Shown here piece by piece: positions 11,968 through 24,681 of a stretch of 64,000 nt of DNA. The first letter of the stretch is position 1, and each line of letters starts with the position of its first letter. Under the pieces are notes generated by a model. The model was given only the letters and a program-made list of their open reading frames with translations. It did not search any database and was not told the origin of the DNA. The position numbers were made by a program, and so were the translations under genes. Source of the DNA: Dimorphilus gyrociliatus (taxonomy: Eukaryota > Animalia > Annelida); assembly GCA_904063045.1 (NCBI GenBank), contig CAJFCJ010000003.1:682001-746000 (forward strand), given 5' to 3'.

Positions 11968-13472
11968 TTTGCCAAAACTATGTCAATCTAAAACCAAAAA
12001 AATAAGAAAACTTCCTTTAAGCATAAAGTGTAACTACTAACTAATTAAAAATATTAAAGCTACGAGAGAGATACATAATAATAAAAATATTTTTCACCTT
12101 TATTTACTAGTTTATTCCGTAAGATTTTAGCTTTCAATGGCAAGTTTGTTTGTTCTAGTACGCATGCGTTACTGCTGGAGACAGAGGAGAGATTGAGATG
12201 GGCGGAGAAAGCAGTGAAGCAGGGCAGCATATTTTATTATCCTTAAATTAAGTTTTCTTTGATAATGCTAAGATACTATAAAGTACCAAATTTAACTTGC
12301 TTAAATATTTTAATACCTAATTTTACAATTTCATTGATTATTATGAAAATCATTGATATTAGGGCGTATGCTATTCTTAAATGCATATATTTAAATGACT
12401 CTATGAGGCCTAATTACCAAGCTGTTTTAAAGCTTTCCCCTTAGATGCATTAATTAATTCTTTAAAGTTATTAATGTATTAATTAATTGGAATAAATTTA
12501 TAAAAAGTTCCTTTATTCTTCATCAAGCTATTAAGTTTATTATGTTGTATTCTCAGTTGCTAATTGATAATTTGTATATCTTTAAGCATTGGGTTATTCA
12601 ACCTATATAGAATGTATATAATATAATATCTTACTGAAACTGAGCTTATAGATAGGAAAATGTACTGTTTGGATGAAATTTATAGCTGATTGTTTACAGA
12701 GATTACTAAGAAACGAGTCAAGAACAGCGATTTTAACTCAGTTAAGTTTAAAGATTATCGAATGATAGTAGTATAACTAACTACTTGACTGTTTGTTAAA
12801 AGTCCATAGTACTCTAATATATAGAACTATTATGTAATTAAAGAGAGTTTAGGTCAATATTGATAAAAATTACAATTGATAATGTATGTTTATTCTTTGG
12901 TTCATTCAAACCTGGCGTTTAATTTAAGACAAATTTTAAATGTAACAGAAATTATTATATTTCTCAATATAATACGTTTTAGTTTATTGCCTACTATCAT
13001 TAATATTTTATATTGTTTTGTTTTTTGTCTATTACTACAAGTTTTAACTGATTAATTGATATTAATGAAATTTATGAATGATATAGTTTAATATCTCATT
13101 TTCTGTGAAAAACCACTATTATAATCGAAAATTAAAGATTTATCCATTTAGAATTGTTTATTGGAAGCTCATCCGCAGCATTTTGATTTGATACCTTTAT
13201 TTGTCTAATGTGTACAACGATTTTCAAAAATGTGCCAATTGATACTACAGCGTGATGAATTTGTGGTGCAGCGAAAAATTTACGTTTTACAAGACACGAT
13301 AGATGTCGCTTTAACAGAATTTTAAAAACTTAACGGATAATTATAGCTATGTTCATCTATTGAAAGCAATTAACTAGTAAAGTCAAAAATTCATAACGAA
13401 TCCATCTTTTACATCAGGAAGAGAAAGTTGGCGGATCGCCAACAATTTGTGATTAGTATGCGTGTGTTTTCA

Positions 13473-13480
13473 TGACGTCA
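13473..13480. promoter_or_regulatory. Perfect palindromic CRE (TGACGTCA) in the divergent region between NIT-GC and the zinc-finger gene
   Basis: ATGACGTCAT at 13472-13481, in a CpG-richer patch ~110 bp upstream of a consensus donor AG|GTATGT at 13589. Confidence 0.4.
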
Positions 13481-13764
13481 TAGAACTATGGCGTGATCTG
13501 TACAGCCGTTCAGTCTGACATCATTGTTTTCGATTTCGGTGATAAAAGCTACGAAATCATGAGTAAAATATTGGAATTCTTGAATTAGGTATGTTTGTTA
13601 ATCAATTTTAACTTTTTACGACATTTTCGGATTTTTTTGAACGTTCAAGTTTTAATACAAATTGAACAAATGGCAATGTTGATATGATATTAAGAAGCTG
13701 TAAAAATCAACATTCTGTATAACGATTTTATGTTACAAAGCTCATTTTTGCTATATTTAACGAT

Positions 13765-13772
13765 TGACGTCA
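13765..13772. promoter_or_regulatory. Second perfect CRE (TGACGTCA)
   Basis: Exact 8-mer 292 bp from the first CRE, followed by a donor-like AG|GTCAGT at 13801. Confidence 0.4.
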
Positions 13773-14081
13773 TCGGCTGTATGACGCCTTTGATAAGTAG
13801 GTCAGTTGCTGAGCAACCGATTAAGCCTAGATTGTTGAAACAACAATGAACCAGGCAATTTTAAGAGGGAATTGAATAATGAAAGGCAGAGAAACATGAA
13901 TAAGGGACTGATTAGTTAATCATGATGACGACTGAAGATGCATATTCAATGCTTTAAGTTATAAATCACATTTACGCAATAATTAAACATTATTGATAAA
14001 GATAAACGAAAGATTTCTAAACAGTCACAGACGTTTTGTCAATAATTTCCCAATAATATAAGAAAGAATAGGAATAATAGT

Positions 14082-14086
<5 letters not shown>

Positions 14087-14123
<37 letters not shown>
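14087..14123. repeat. (AG)n microsatellite
   Basis: Read directly. Confidence 0.95.
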
Positions 14124-14130
<7 letters not shown>

Positions 14131-14383
14131 AGAGAGGACACGAGAGGGATGAGAGATATATAAGGAGAAATAATGAAAGAAAAAGAAAAGAATTATGCAT
14201 TTGACATTGTAAAAGGAAAGAGTTTCCCCAAAAAAAAGAAGAAATATCCTTCTCATAAGAAAACTCTTACCTTCTCCATTGCCCTCTCTCTCACTCTAAC
14301 TCTTCTCCATCAGTTATTTATAGCTTTAGAATATGCTAATAATATATATATATTGTTTTTAGAGTAATTTGATATATATACAG

Positions 14384-14388
<5 letters not shown>

Positions 14389-14428
<40 letters not shown>
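14389..14428. repeat. (TA)20 microsatellite
   Basis: Read directly. Confidence 0.95.
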
Positions 14429-14433
<5 letters not shown>

Positions 14434-15357
14434 ATACTTGCATCTATATGCTCTAAAATTAGATTTAAATTATTACCTTTTCCATCTTTTAGGTAGTATA
14501 GCAATTCAAATGAAAAAATCTTTTGTATCTCATGTTCCTCTCTAGACATGTTATATTTTTTCTTATTAATTAGGAACAGTTTCTTTCTCACTGTTTACTT
14601 TTAAAAATTAAAATACTTTATAAGAAAAGTAACACCAAAGAAAATAAAAAATATATGTTAATATGTTTCCTTCTCTTCTTTTTTCCCAATGTTCTCTTTC
14701 CTCTTTTCTCTCCATCTTTCAATAATATATATACTGTATATACCTCATCTCTCTCTCTTTCATACACTCTTTTGTCTCTAATATTGACTTTTTCTTTTAT
14801 AAGATTATTCCAGGTCAAAAGTTTCTGGGTGTTTTCTACTATATATTTTATTAATAATTAATCCGGAATAATTATGGAAAGGCTTAATCATTGTTTAGTT
14901 ATCATTGACTTTGAAGGTTAAACTTTATTAAAAGTTTATAATATGGAGCTACGACTCTAACTCGTCTGAATTGTTTCATTTTCTCTTCCCCCCGTTATTT
15001 TTCCCTTTTATCTGCCCATTTGTTTTTAGCCTATGTTCTATATATTGTATATTTAATATAATGGACTGAGGTGAGAAACATTGTAGGAAGGGTGACCTTG
15101 CTTTACTTACCTATTTTTTTTCATACAATACTTCAATTTAAACAGCTGTGTAGGGTTCAAGACATGCGTATATCGCCTTTATTATCGAGCTTTTAAGTTT
15201 AATTAAGTCGTTTGATATTTTATTCAATTAACAATATTCCTGTAAGAATTCGACAATTTAATTTCTCACGTGACGCCTGACTAAAAAAAGCTACCTGTGG
15301 CGTTTCTAAGCAAGAGCTCCCTCTCCATCTTTATCTCACCCTTTCATTCACTATCTG

Positions 15358-15390
<33 letters not shown>

Positions 15391-15871
15391 ACTCTCTCTG
15401 ATCTCTCTGATCTCTCTGTTTTTCGTTAATTAGGGTATTTTAATTAGAAAAAGAAGTAACTAATATTCTATAATGGATAATTCAAAAATATATTGATAAA
15501 GAAGGTAATACGAAATAAGGCATTTACGCGTTAAAATCCCAATTATTTTTTCATAATAATTTTATCATTATCTTCATATTTTGTCCTTTTTTCTCTTATA
15601 AAATGGTACAGCATTATGTTTCCTATTAATAACAACTTCAATATCAACTAAAGTGCTCTAAACTCTTAATGATACTCTTATGAAGACTTAAATACTGCTG
15701 ATTCGCTTTTTACATTGATTAATAGTAGTTTCGTTCTCTAAAAATAATTGAAATGTTGTAGTAAAGTTGTATTGTTTTTTGAATTAGAAAGATATATATC
15801 ATTTTATAAAATCCTTTATGTTTTCTTTATAGTTATCTGACTATTCTTTATTAGTTATAACAGATGGAAAA

Positions 15872-16450
15872 ATGAACAGAAAACGTCTAAACGACGCGGA
15901 GATAGAGTCAGAACAGAAGAAACTGAAAAATAGTAATGACTCGAAAAAGACATTGCTGCAATATTTTCAACCATCCTCCAGACACTCTTCTTTATGCTCG
16001 GAATGTTCTCTAATTGTTGATGGTCCTGATTTAGCCGAATTGATAAGTTTAATAAACCACCATAAAGAAGAGCACTGCCTTTTTAAATACAATTGTAAAT
16101 TCTGCAATGAACAGACCAATGAATTCAACGAAATTCTCAGGCATGTAATGAATGAGCATAATATGCCAAATCATGCTTTTGAATGCACTTGCGGAAAACT
16201 ATTTAAGGGCCAGCATGATTGTCAAGGAAATGTAACAGAAGGCTATAAAACAATTTTGCAGTCGTATTCCAGTAGAGAAGACATTACATTTATAAACTCA
16301 GTGCCATCTGACGACGCCCTAATGGAGTTTTACAAAGGACATTGTAAACTGTGCAATATTAACTTTTGGACGTAAGCTTCTTTTAATTTTTATTTTAATC
16401 AAAAGAGAATAAAAACTATATAAAGGCTATTGATATTACAAATTGTACTT

Positions 16451-16486
<36 letters not shown>

Positions 16487-17548
16487 ATATTTATATCATC
16501 ATGCAACAGACAAGAAGAAACTGCTGACGAACTAAAAACCATTGTACAATTACATATAAGTTCGGTAAGTTCTGTGTTAAAAGATAATGTTTTATTTCTG
16601 TATCTTCAGTATTTAAAAAAAACTCCTTTTCTCCATCTTACTTTGTATTCTCTTAGAACATTTATACATATATATATATATGTACAGATCTTTAAATGCT
16701 ATGTTTTCTTCGTTTTATCTACCTGTAAGTTCATTTTATCTATATATATACTTTCTTTTTTCTTAAAAAAAGCTATTAAGTAAAAGAATGCGTAATTAAT
16801 TTCATTTTTCTTTTATAAATCTGATGAAAACTCGGATTTATATTTATACAACCAAACTTCTTTGCCTTACTCCTTTACTGTGAATATAGAACGTTGTTAA
16901 TAGTAAAAGGGTCTATCTTTTATAGATACATTTAAAACTTCTTTTCTTTTTATTCCTAACAGAAACATTCTCCTGTGGAAGACGCTTCGTCTCTTTATTT
17001 TATTCAGAAACTAAAGATGAAAGAACAGGACGGATTGCTGCATAATGGTAAAAATTCTTTCTTATTTTACTTCCACTTTTATATTTATATAGTATAGTAT
17101 AGTTAGTTTTTTATACCATCCAAACTCAACAAAAATCAAATAATAGGGGAATCTAATTCTTATGAGTGTTTATCAGTTTATTTTTTTTTCTTTTTTTCAA
17201 CGCCTTAGCAGCAGAGGAGACGAACAATAATGTTGAAAAATCTGCTTTACCTAACGATTTGAAAAGGCATTCTATATCCGGCCCAGTCAGAGGTTCTGAT
17301 TTACCTTTGTCCTTATTAAAGAAAGCTGTTGGAATCAAGTCCAAGTCGGAAATGGAAGACTGCAAATGGAAGAATGTCAGCCCAGAATTAACGAATGTAC
17401 TCTTGAAGTTCTTTGAAAAGTACGTTGTTTTGTTCTTTAGATAATAGATGATGACTGAGCTAGAAAAAGCTAAAGTAAAGACATTTGTTTCGATAGCCAA
17501 TCCACCAAAAAAGAGGCTTTATTCACGGCCTTTACTCTAATAGCAAAC

Positions 17549-17600
<52 letters not shown>

Positions 17601-20600
17601 GAGGGGGAGGGGGCAGGAGAAGGAGAGGATAGAAAAGATAGAAAATGATAGAGTAAGAGGAAATAAAAAAAATTTATCAAGGTATTCAAGTACATTTAGT
17701 GCTTTTCTTTTGTGTTTACCTGATATATTTGAAGTTATCATTTAATAATTAATAAGACTGAAAGACACACACTTCGTAATATCAACTATATATAGATGTA
17801 TACAAAATGTATATACTGTATTGTTTTATATAAGTACATGCCTGCCGTGTACACGTGTACGAATGTATCTATATAAGTGTTATAAAAGAAAAGAAGCTAT
17901 ATCATGTAGAGATATTTTAGAAAATACATAATGTCGTGGAAAAAGCATAAAGAGGAATTGTTTCTATTGTATTCAGCTGAAACAATGTGAATAATTTATA
18001 TTCTATAGTTATCTATAGAAATATATACAATTAAAATTTTGTACGATTCTTATTAATCGTTGATTTAACAATTGCTTTTTTAATTTATGACTTAATTCTT
18101 TTATTATTGTCTTATTAAGTCTTATATCATTTATTACCACAGAAATTCAACACAGGAAATACACTATTGTTTATTTTGCGGTTTTGGCGTTAGTGGTACT
18201 GCAATGGGTACCGTTCTTACTTCAATTTTAACTCGACATTTACATAGTATACATCAAGTTCCAAATTATTCTTGTAAACTTTGCGAATTTGTTACCAATG
18301 ATGGACGTTCCGCAATAAATGATCATTTATTGTCAAATCATAATTTTGAACGCCAGAGAACATTCCATTGCCGTTTTCCAGTTTGCGGCGCAAAGTTCAT
18401 TGAAAGGGCACAAGTTATGGATCACGTAATTATGCATAGTTGGCCACATGACGGACAGAGGTAACTCGATATTATAAATATTAATTATTATACATATTTT
18501 AACCTTTTTTATTGTATAGATTTAATGTTTACGACGTTACTGCTGAACTAAATGAATTTTGGATCGACAATTATGCAAGTAGTGTCACCGTACGGCCAAA
18601 TCATTGTTTTTCAAACGACGTGAATAAACGGTACTTGAAAGTTAAAAAATACTTCAATAATTTGATTTTATTATCTATGAAGTAACTGAATTTATATTTT
18701 TTCAGATGTATAACAGCTGCCTGCAAGCATTGCGATCTCATGTTAGTTATAGCGCCGTCTGACGACGAAACGGATCAATTCAAGGCAACTGAAATTGTTC
18801 ATCAAATTCTCAAGGAGCACCATTCGACAGTCCATCGAAGATTACAATTAATGTGCTGTAGATGCGGTCTAAGAGTTAGAGAATTAAATACGAGATTAGC
18901 TGAGGAACATAAAAGATTGTGTTCACCCTCCTCAAGAAGACGGTCGCTTTGTACTCATGGTAAAGGAGCAGCCTGTGCTGAATGGATTGATTTATCAGGT
19001 TCAATACAACATTACGACGTAAGTGTTCCGGGAACAGGAAGGTTGCAAAGAGCAGCTAGCGCTGAGCCGTTCATTATGAGCGAAGAAGAGACGACGGAGA
19101 GAAATAGGAGAAAACAAAAAAGGCCAAGACAATTTCGACCAGAGGAAAAGATGCGTTTTAAAGTTGAGCATGAAGAAATTTATAAAGTTGATGGATTAAC
19201 AGAAGAAGAATGGATGAAAAGATTAAAAAAAGCAGCGGTAGATAGGAGGAAAACTGTTAAAAAGAATATAGCGAATGAAAATGAACTTGGCAGTTCGTTA
19301 ATGAAAGATTATTGCGAAAATTCATCTCTAATTGGTCAATCTGTATATAGGTGTGATCTTTGTGGTTATTCAGCATCAGCCACGAATCAAACCCATCTAA
19401 TTGCTATATTAACGCGCCACCTACAGGATGTTCATAAGCTTATGAATTTTTCATGCGCGTTATGTAACGAAAGCAACGAAAAGAAAGAAATGATTATTCA
19501 TCACTTAATAATGAATCATTTAAAAAGACAAAGAAATATTTGCCCATTTACCAGCAAATGTGATGACATCTATCAGACATACGACGATTTCAGTAATCAC
19601 GTTTTGGGGCATGTACAAGCTATAAAAAGCATTATAAATTCACCTATTAAAGAGGCTGTTATCGATAACTATCCTGAATTTATTACGTGTGTTAGCAACA
19701 GTTTTGTTAAAAGTGAAATACTTGCGGAATGCGAGCAACTCTACTGTAAACTCTGCGACTTGAGTGTTTGTTGGATGAGAAGAGGTAATGAAGACCAACT
19801 GATAAACTTGGCTATTGACCAATTGGCAGGTCATATTGAAAGAGATCACCATAAAAAAAGATTTCGCTGCAGTGAATGCCACTTGCCGGTAACAAAATTA
19901 ACTGGAGCGACAATTAAAGAACATGAGGTTGTTTGTCCCGCCGGACCTAAAGCTAGATGGGTTAAATACGATCTTACGCATTATATACGTAAAGTACTCT
20001 CGAAGGATATTACTGATAATCATTCTGATGTGGAAGAGGATATTGAAACAGACAAATCAGGAGATCAATCCAAAAAGTTTGTAATTTATTAACATTCTTT
20101 TACCTTAATGTTTTCTCTATGCTTTCTGTTTTTTATATGCAAAATAACTTTCTATACAGCCAAGAAATACGTAAATTCTACTGTAAGGAGATGATAATAG
20201 AATGTCCAACACCATTAGCTCCTTGTCTATCGGTTGTTAGGGAAGAGGCTATTTGTAATCTATGCCAGAAAGGATATGAATACAAGGAAATAGCAGGGCA
20301 TTTATCCGCTGAGCACGTCATGAAACAATATTCTTGTAGATTCTGCTCTTATCAACAAGATAGTGTTAATGATGTTAGATCCCATCAATTAGCTAGACAC
20401 GGACCTTGTTATTGCCTTTGTGAGTTATGCCATATGGAATTCAGAAGGAAGGATGAACTTCAAAAGCATTTAAAAGTTGACCATAATACATTTTTAATGG
20501 ACTCTTTCAATTCGACTACAGTGTCACTTAATGGAAGAAGCAAAGTCAATAATCAACACGATTCTGCCTATCGATTAATTAATCAATTAGAATCGCCTCA

Positions 20601-21741
20601 ATTGGTCAAATGTTGTCCTAAGTGTTCCCTGGTTATAATATCTAAAAGCGTCGATATGCTTCAAATTTTTAAGGATCATTTACAAAAGAGTCATGGTATT
20701 AACCAGTTTCAGTGTATGTCATGCGATTTTAATTCTGCTACTGCAACGGAAGTTAGCAAACATTTTGAAAATAGCAAGAAATGTCATCATAAAACTGTAA
20801 TAGTTGCTGGAGATCACAAAAAGCTAATTAAAATCAATGATTATAATTCGATGCATTCATGTAAGAGATGCTGCTTTGTAATTTTATCCACAAATCACTT
20901 TGATCCAAGTCGATCCGGTTTTGAGCAGATGCCGCAAGAGTTATGGAAGCATATTCTTTCATCGCATCATTTCGGAGGTGATCCAACAGAGGCGGTGAAA
21001 CTAACATCTGTTGTTGATATTAAATCCTGCTCAATTTTAGCGAGAATTCCCGCATTAACAATGCAAAGTAAGAAGATATCAAAAGATGAAATTCACCCAA
21101 AAGAGAACAAGAAAAGAAAGAGAAAAAGAAACGAACTGAACGAAATTTCAACAAATAATCTTTTAGAATTAGAAAATTTGGGTTGTATATTCGAATGCGA
21201 TGATTGCGGTTTCCTTATAGCATCTTCTTCAACTACTACAAATTCTTTAATAGGACTAGCTACTAGGCACGTAACAGAACTTCATTTACCAAGACCTTAC
21301 GCTTGTGCAAAGTGTGGAGCAGCTTGGGAAAATAGAGAAGAAGTTGTTGAGCACGCTATGCACTCGCACAGATATAAAACGACTAACAATAACAACGACG
21401 AACTAATTCAAGATTTGGGCGTCGGAAGGTTAAAACAATTAACTAAATTAAAATTAAATGAAATTAAATGCGATTCTCCGAAGGTACTCATGAAATGTAC
21501 AAGATGCTGTTTATGCATTATAGCTTCTGATAAAATGGTTACTCAATCATTAAATTTACTAGAACATCATCTAATGAGAGGACATTTTATAAGAAAGTAT
21601 AAATGTACAGCTTGCGGATTCCAATCTAATACTTTAGACGGTCAAGACGTCTACGACCACAATCAATTATGCTCTATTGATAAATTGATTAAACAAGATT
21701 TTACTTCGAGAATAAATGTTAACGTTCTTCCCGAAATGTAA
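15872..21741 (+). CDS. Large multi-C2H2 zinc-finger protein; 8 exons: 15872-16371, 16510-16564, 16963-17047, 17209-17419, 18143-18460, 18520-18630, 18706-20076, 20160-21741; ~1410 aa
   Basis: All junctions are GT-AG and phase-consistent (4233 nt). Splicing completes an interrupted finger (CKLC..NFWT|QEETADELKTIVQLHISS|KH). Many CxxC...HxxxxH motifs and basic NLS-like runs (RRKQKRPR, KKRKRKR). A further upstream coding exon is not excluded. Confidence 0.85.
17550..17596. repeat. (AG)n microsatellite
   Basis: Read directly; in a zinc-finger gene intron. Confidence 0.95.
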
Positions 21742-22241
21742 AAATCTATAAGAAAGAATCCATCTTAATGGAGGAAAAAAGATAGAAAAAAAGAATAGAA
21801 GCTTTACAATCATCTCTACATTTGAAATATATTATTATATATATATATATATATTTTATTCCTATTAGAAATGCAGAAAATCACTATTATTTGTAATAAT
21901 TCTATATATTTTACATTCTGATTTTATATGCTTTCCTTTTAAATACGATATATTTGCCATCATTATTGAGAAATATTTTCCCCTATCTTGTTTATAATTG
22001 TTTGTTTATTTGTTTTATTTTGTTTGTTTGTATTTGTTTGTTACGAAATATTTTAAAGCAGTTTTTGTCTATATCATATACTGAGTATATACAATATGTA
22101 TATATGCGTTTATATGTGAATAGATTTTAAAAAATATGTATATACTGTATAATGTAAAGCTGTGATACTAATAACGTACTGTGCTTAAGAAACAAAATCT
22201 TTTGTCTCTCACTCTCTCCCTTCTCCTCCCTACCTCCCTTC

Positions 22242-22279
<38 letters not shown>

Positions 22280-24565
22280 ATCTATCTATCTATTTACTAA
22301 TCTATCAAATCTAGCCATCACTTTCTCCTTGAGACCTCTATTGAATGTATAAATGTGTAATTGCTGACAAGATACATAAATTTATATGCATGTACACTGT
22401 ATGTATATTGATATATTGAAATTTATATTTGTCATATTTTTAATCTAATCTATGCAAATGGAAAAAGGGAAATAATGTTAATTCTTTTTAATTCAACACT
22501 TTAACTATAAACAGAGAAACAATAAACAAAATTATTTTACTATAAATAGAATTAAAGAAAAAAAAACTTGACTATTTATTAACTAATGAATATTCATAAC
22601 GATTATTTATATGTAGACGGGGTTTTTTTACGTTTTTTTTTTAATTTACTAACAGTGTTTTATTTATCATTCTCTTTTATTTTGTTTTGATAACCCGCAT
22701 CCTCCCCTCGCCTCCTCAAAAAAAAACACACTGTATGTGTTTTTTTTTGCCTGCAATATTAAATTGAACTATTTAGATGTGTCATCATTCAACATTGTAT
22801 TGGATGAAAGAAAGAGTAGAAGAGAGTAAAATTTCAACAACAAAAAGAGGAAATGGAAATATTTCCCCCATTCGTTTGCCTGGCTTCACTTTATATATGC
22901 GAAAATATATATATACTGTATATTAGATATTTATACTTGGACTTTAATTATACTCTCATCACTCTCTTGCTCTCATGATTTCCTTTATATAATACAAACA
23001 GCCAGCTATTTCTTTATAAACAATTAGTCTTAATATATTACGCATTTAAATATGCTAATAAGTATTTTAAATATGCTTAGGCTTAATAAGTTTACAAATA
23101 CTTGAACAAGTATTAATAAGATATTAAGGTAAAAGTCGTTTAACCAATTAAAATCATGGTAAGCATTCGAGTTAGAAAATTTACTTATGTATATAAATAA
23201 TTTTTCAATTGTTTATTAAATCGTCGACAGATGTCTCTACTGTAAATAAAGTGATCACAGGCCCTTAAACGTTCAATATAGAAAGTCAAGTTGACCTATT
23301 CAAACACCTGGCGTTCTTCTCAAATTACCTTCAAGAGTCACTTGTCAAGTTAAGGTTATTCCATGCAGAAAATTAATTCTAAATATTTTTCCAACTCAAT
23401 TTCGATCATTCAAGATTTTTGATCCGCAAAAACTAAGAAGAAAGAAGATTGAATGTGACAAAATAAATAATACAAAAATAAAGGAAATTCTCACTATAGT
23501 GTTAAACTTTAGGGACAATCTTTATCAACTAATATATTTTGCCTAACAACAAGAAATATTCTTATTCAAACATATATATACACAGAGTAGATTTTTTTTT
23601 AATTATATAATATGTTTACAGTTATATCTTATATTATAAATAGAATCCATGAGAAAGATAGAAACCAAAAAAAGAAAACTAAGAAAAGGCTGAGAAAATG
23701 AATGAAAAATTGGAGAAAAGTGAAAAAAAGAATACTTTTTTTTTTAAAAAGCAATTTATTACTTTTGAAAAATTGACAATTATCGATTTCTTTTCTTTTT
23801 TGGGACGTTTAAATAGCCAATTACATAGACATTTTTCCCTTTTCCGTTTATATGCATTATTATTTATTACTTTTAATCAATAAAAACGTTTTAAAATCTA
23901 TCAATTTATGCCATTTGGCAACTCTTTTTCTTTTTTATAACTTATGAATATTTTGACACTCTCTTTCATCCAAATTTTTATGGTATTTTGTATTTATATA
24001 ATATATTAGAATAGATTAATAGGCCTTCAAAAATTGAAATACTGTGGTTTCTTTTACAATTCTCACTAAATTTTTCCACTCAAAAGCACTTGTACGAATT
24101 ATTATCATGTCTAAGAGATATTAGAGAGTTTATTAGGCCTATTTATAGGTTAATTTTTTTTTCAAATCCTTTCTTTTATTTAATACATTTTATTAATTTA
24201 TAGTCAAAATTCAATTATATATAGTATATATATACAGTAGTATAGTACTATCCTTATCTCTAATCCTTATCGATAGACAGAATTAGACGCTTAAAAATCT
24301 ATGTAAATTTAATAAATAAATAATGCAGAAGAATATGTAAACATGATAAAAAAATGCCTTTATAACAATATGAAGCATTGTATTTATTGCATATATGTTC
24401 AAATGTATTGAATGACGTGTTCAACCCCTTTTCATACAAGAAACTAACAAAAAAAATTTCGAAAGGCATTAATAATTTAAATACGACCAACAGGTGCCCT
24501 TCTCCTTTCCCTTCTATCGCTTTCCCGGCGCTTTTCCCCCCCCCCCGCCTTAAAAAAAAAATTTT

Positions 24566-24579
24566 CACTAGGTGGCGGC
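24566..24579 (+). promoter_or_regulatory. CTCF-like motif CACTAGGTGGCGGC ~100 bp upstream of the agrin NtA ATG
   Basis: Close match to the CCACYAGRKGGCRS core, inside a GC-rich patch. Confidence 0.4.
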
Positions 24580-24681
24580 ACTCAAACTGACAGAACAATA
24601 TCCGTATTATTATCGACTGGAGAGCGGCCGGGACGCACGCTCTTAGGAAAAATCATACATGAAAGAAGAAAAGAAGGCAAG

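Noticed and set aside
18740-21741. ORFs 18740 and 20119 as two genes or a frameshifted gene
   Set aside because: An 83-bp phase-2 intron (20077-20159) joins them in frame.
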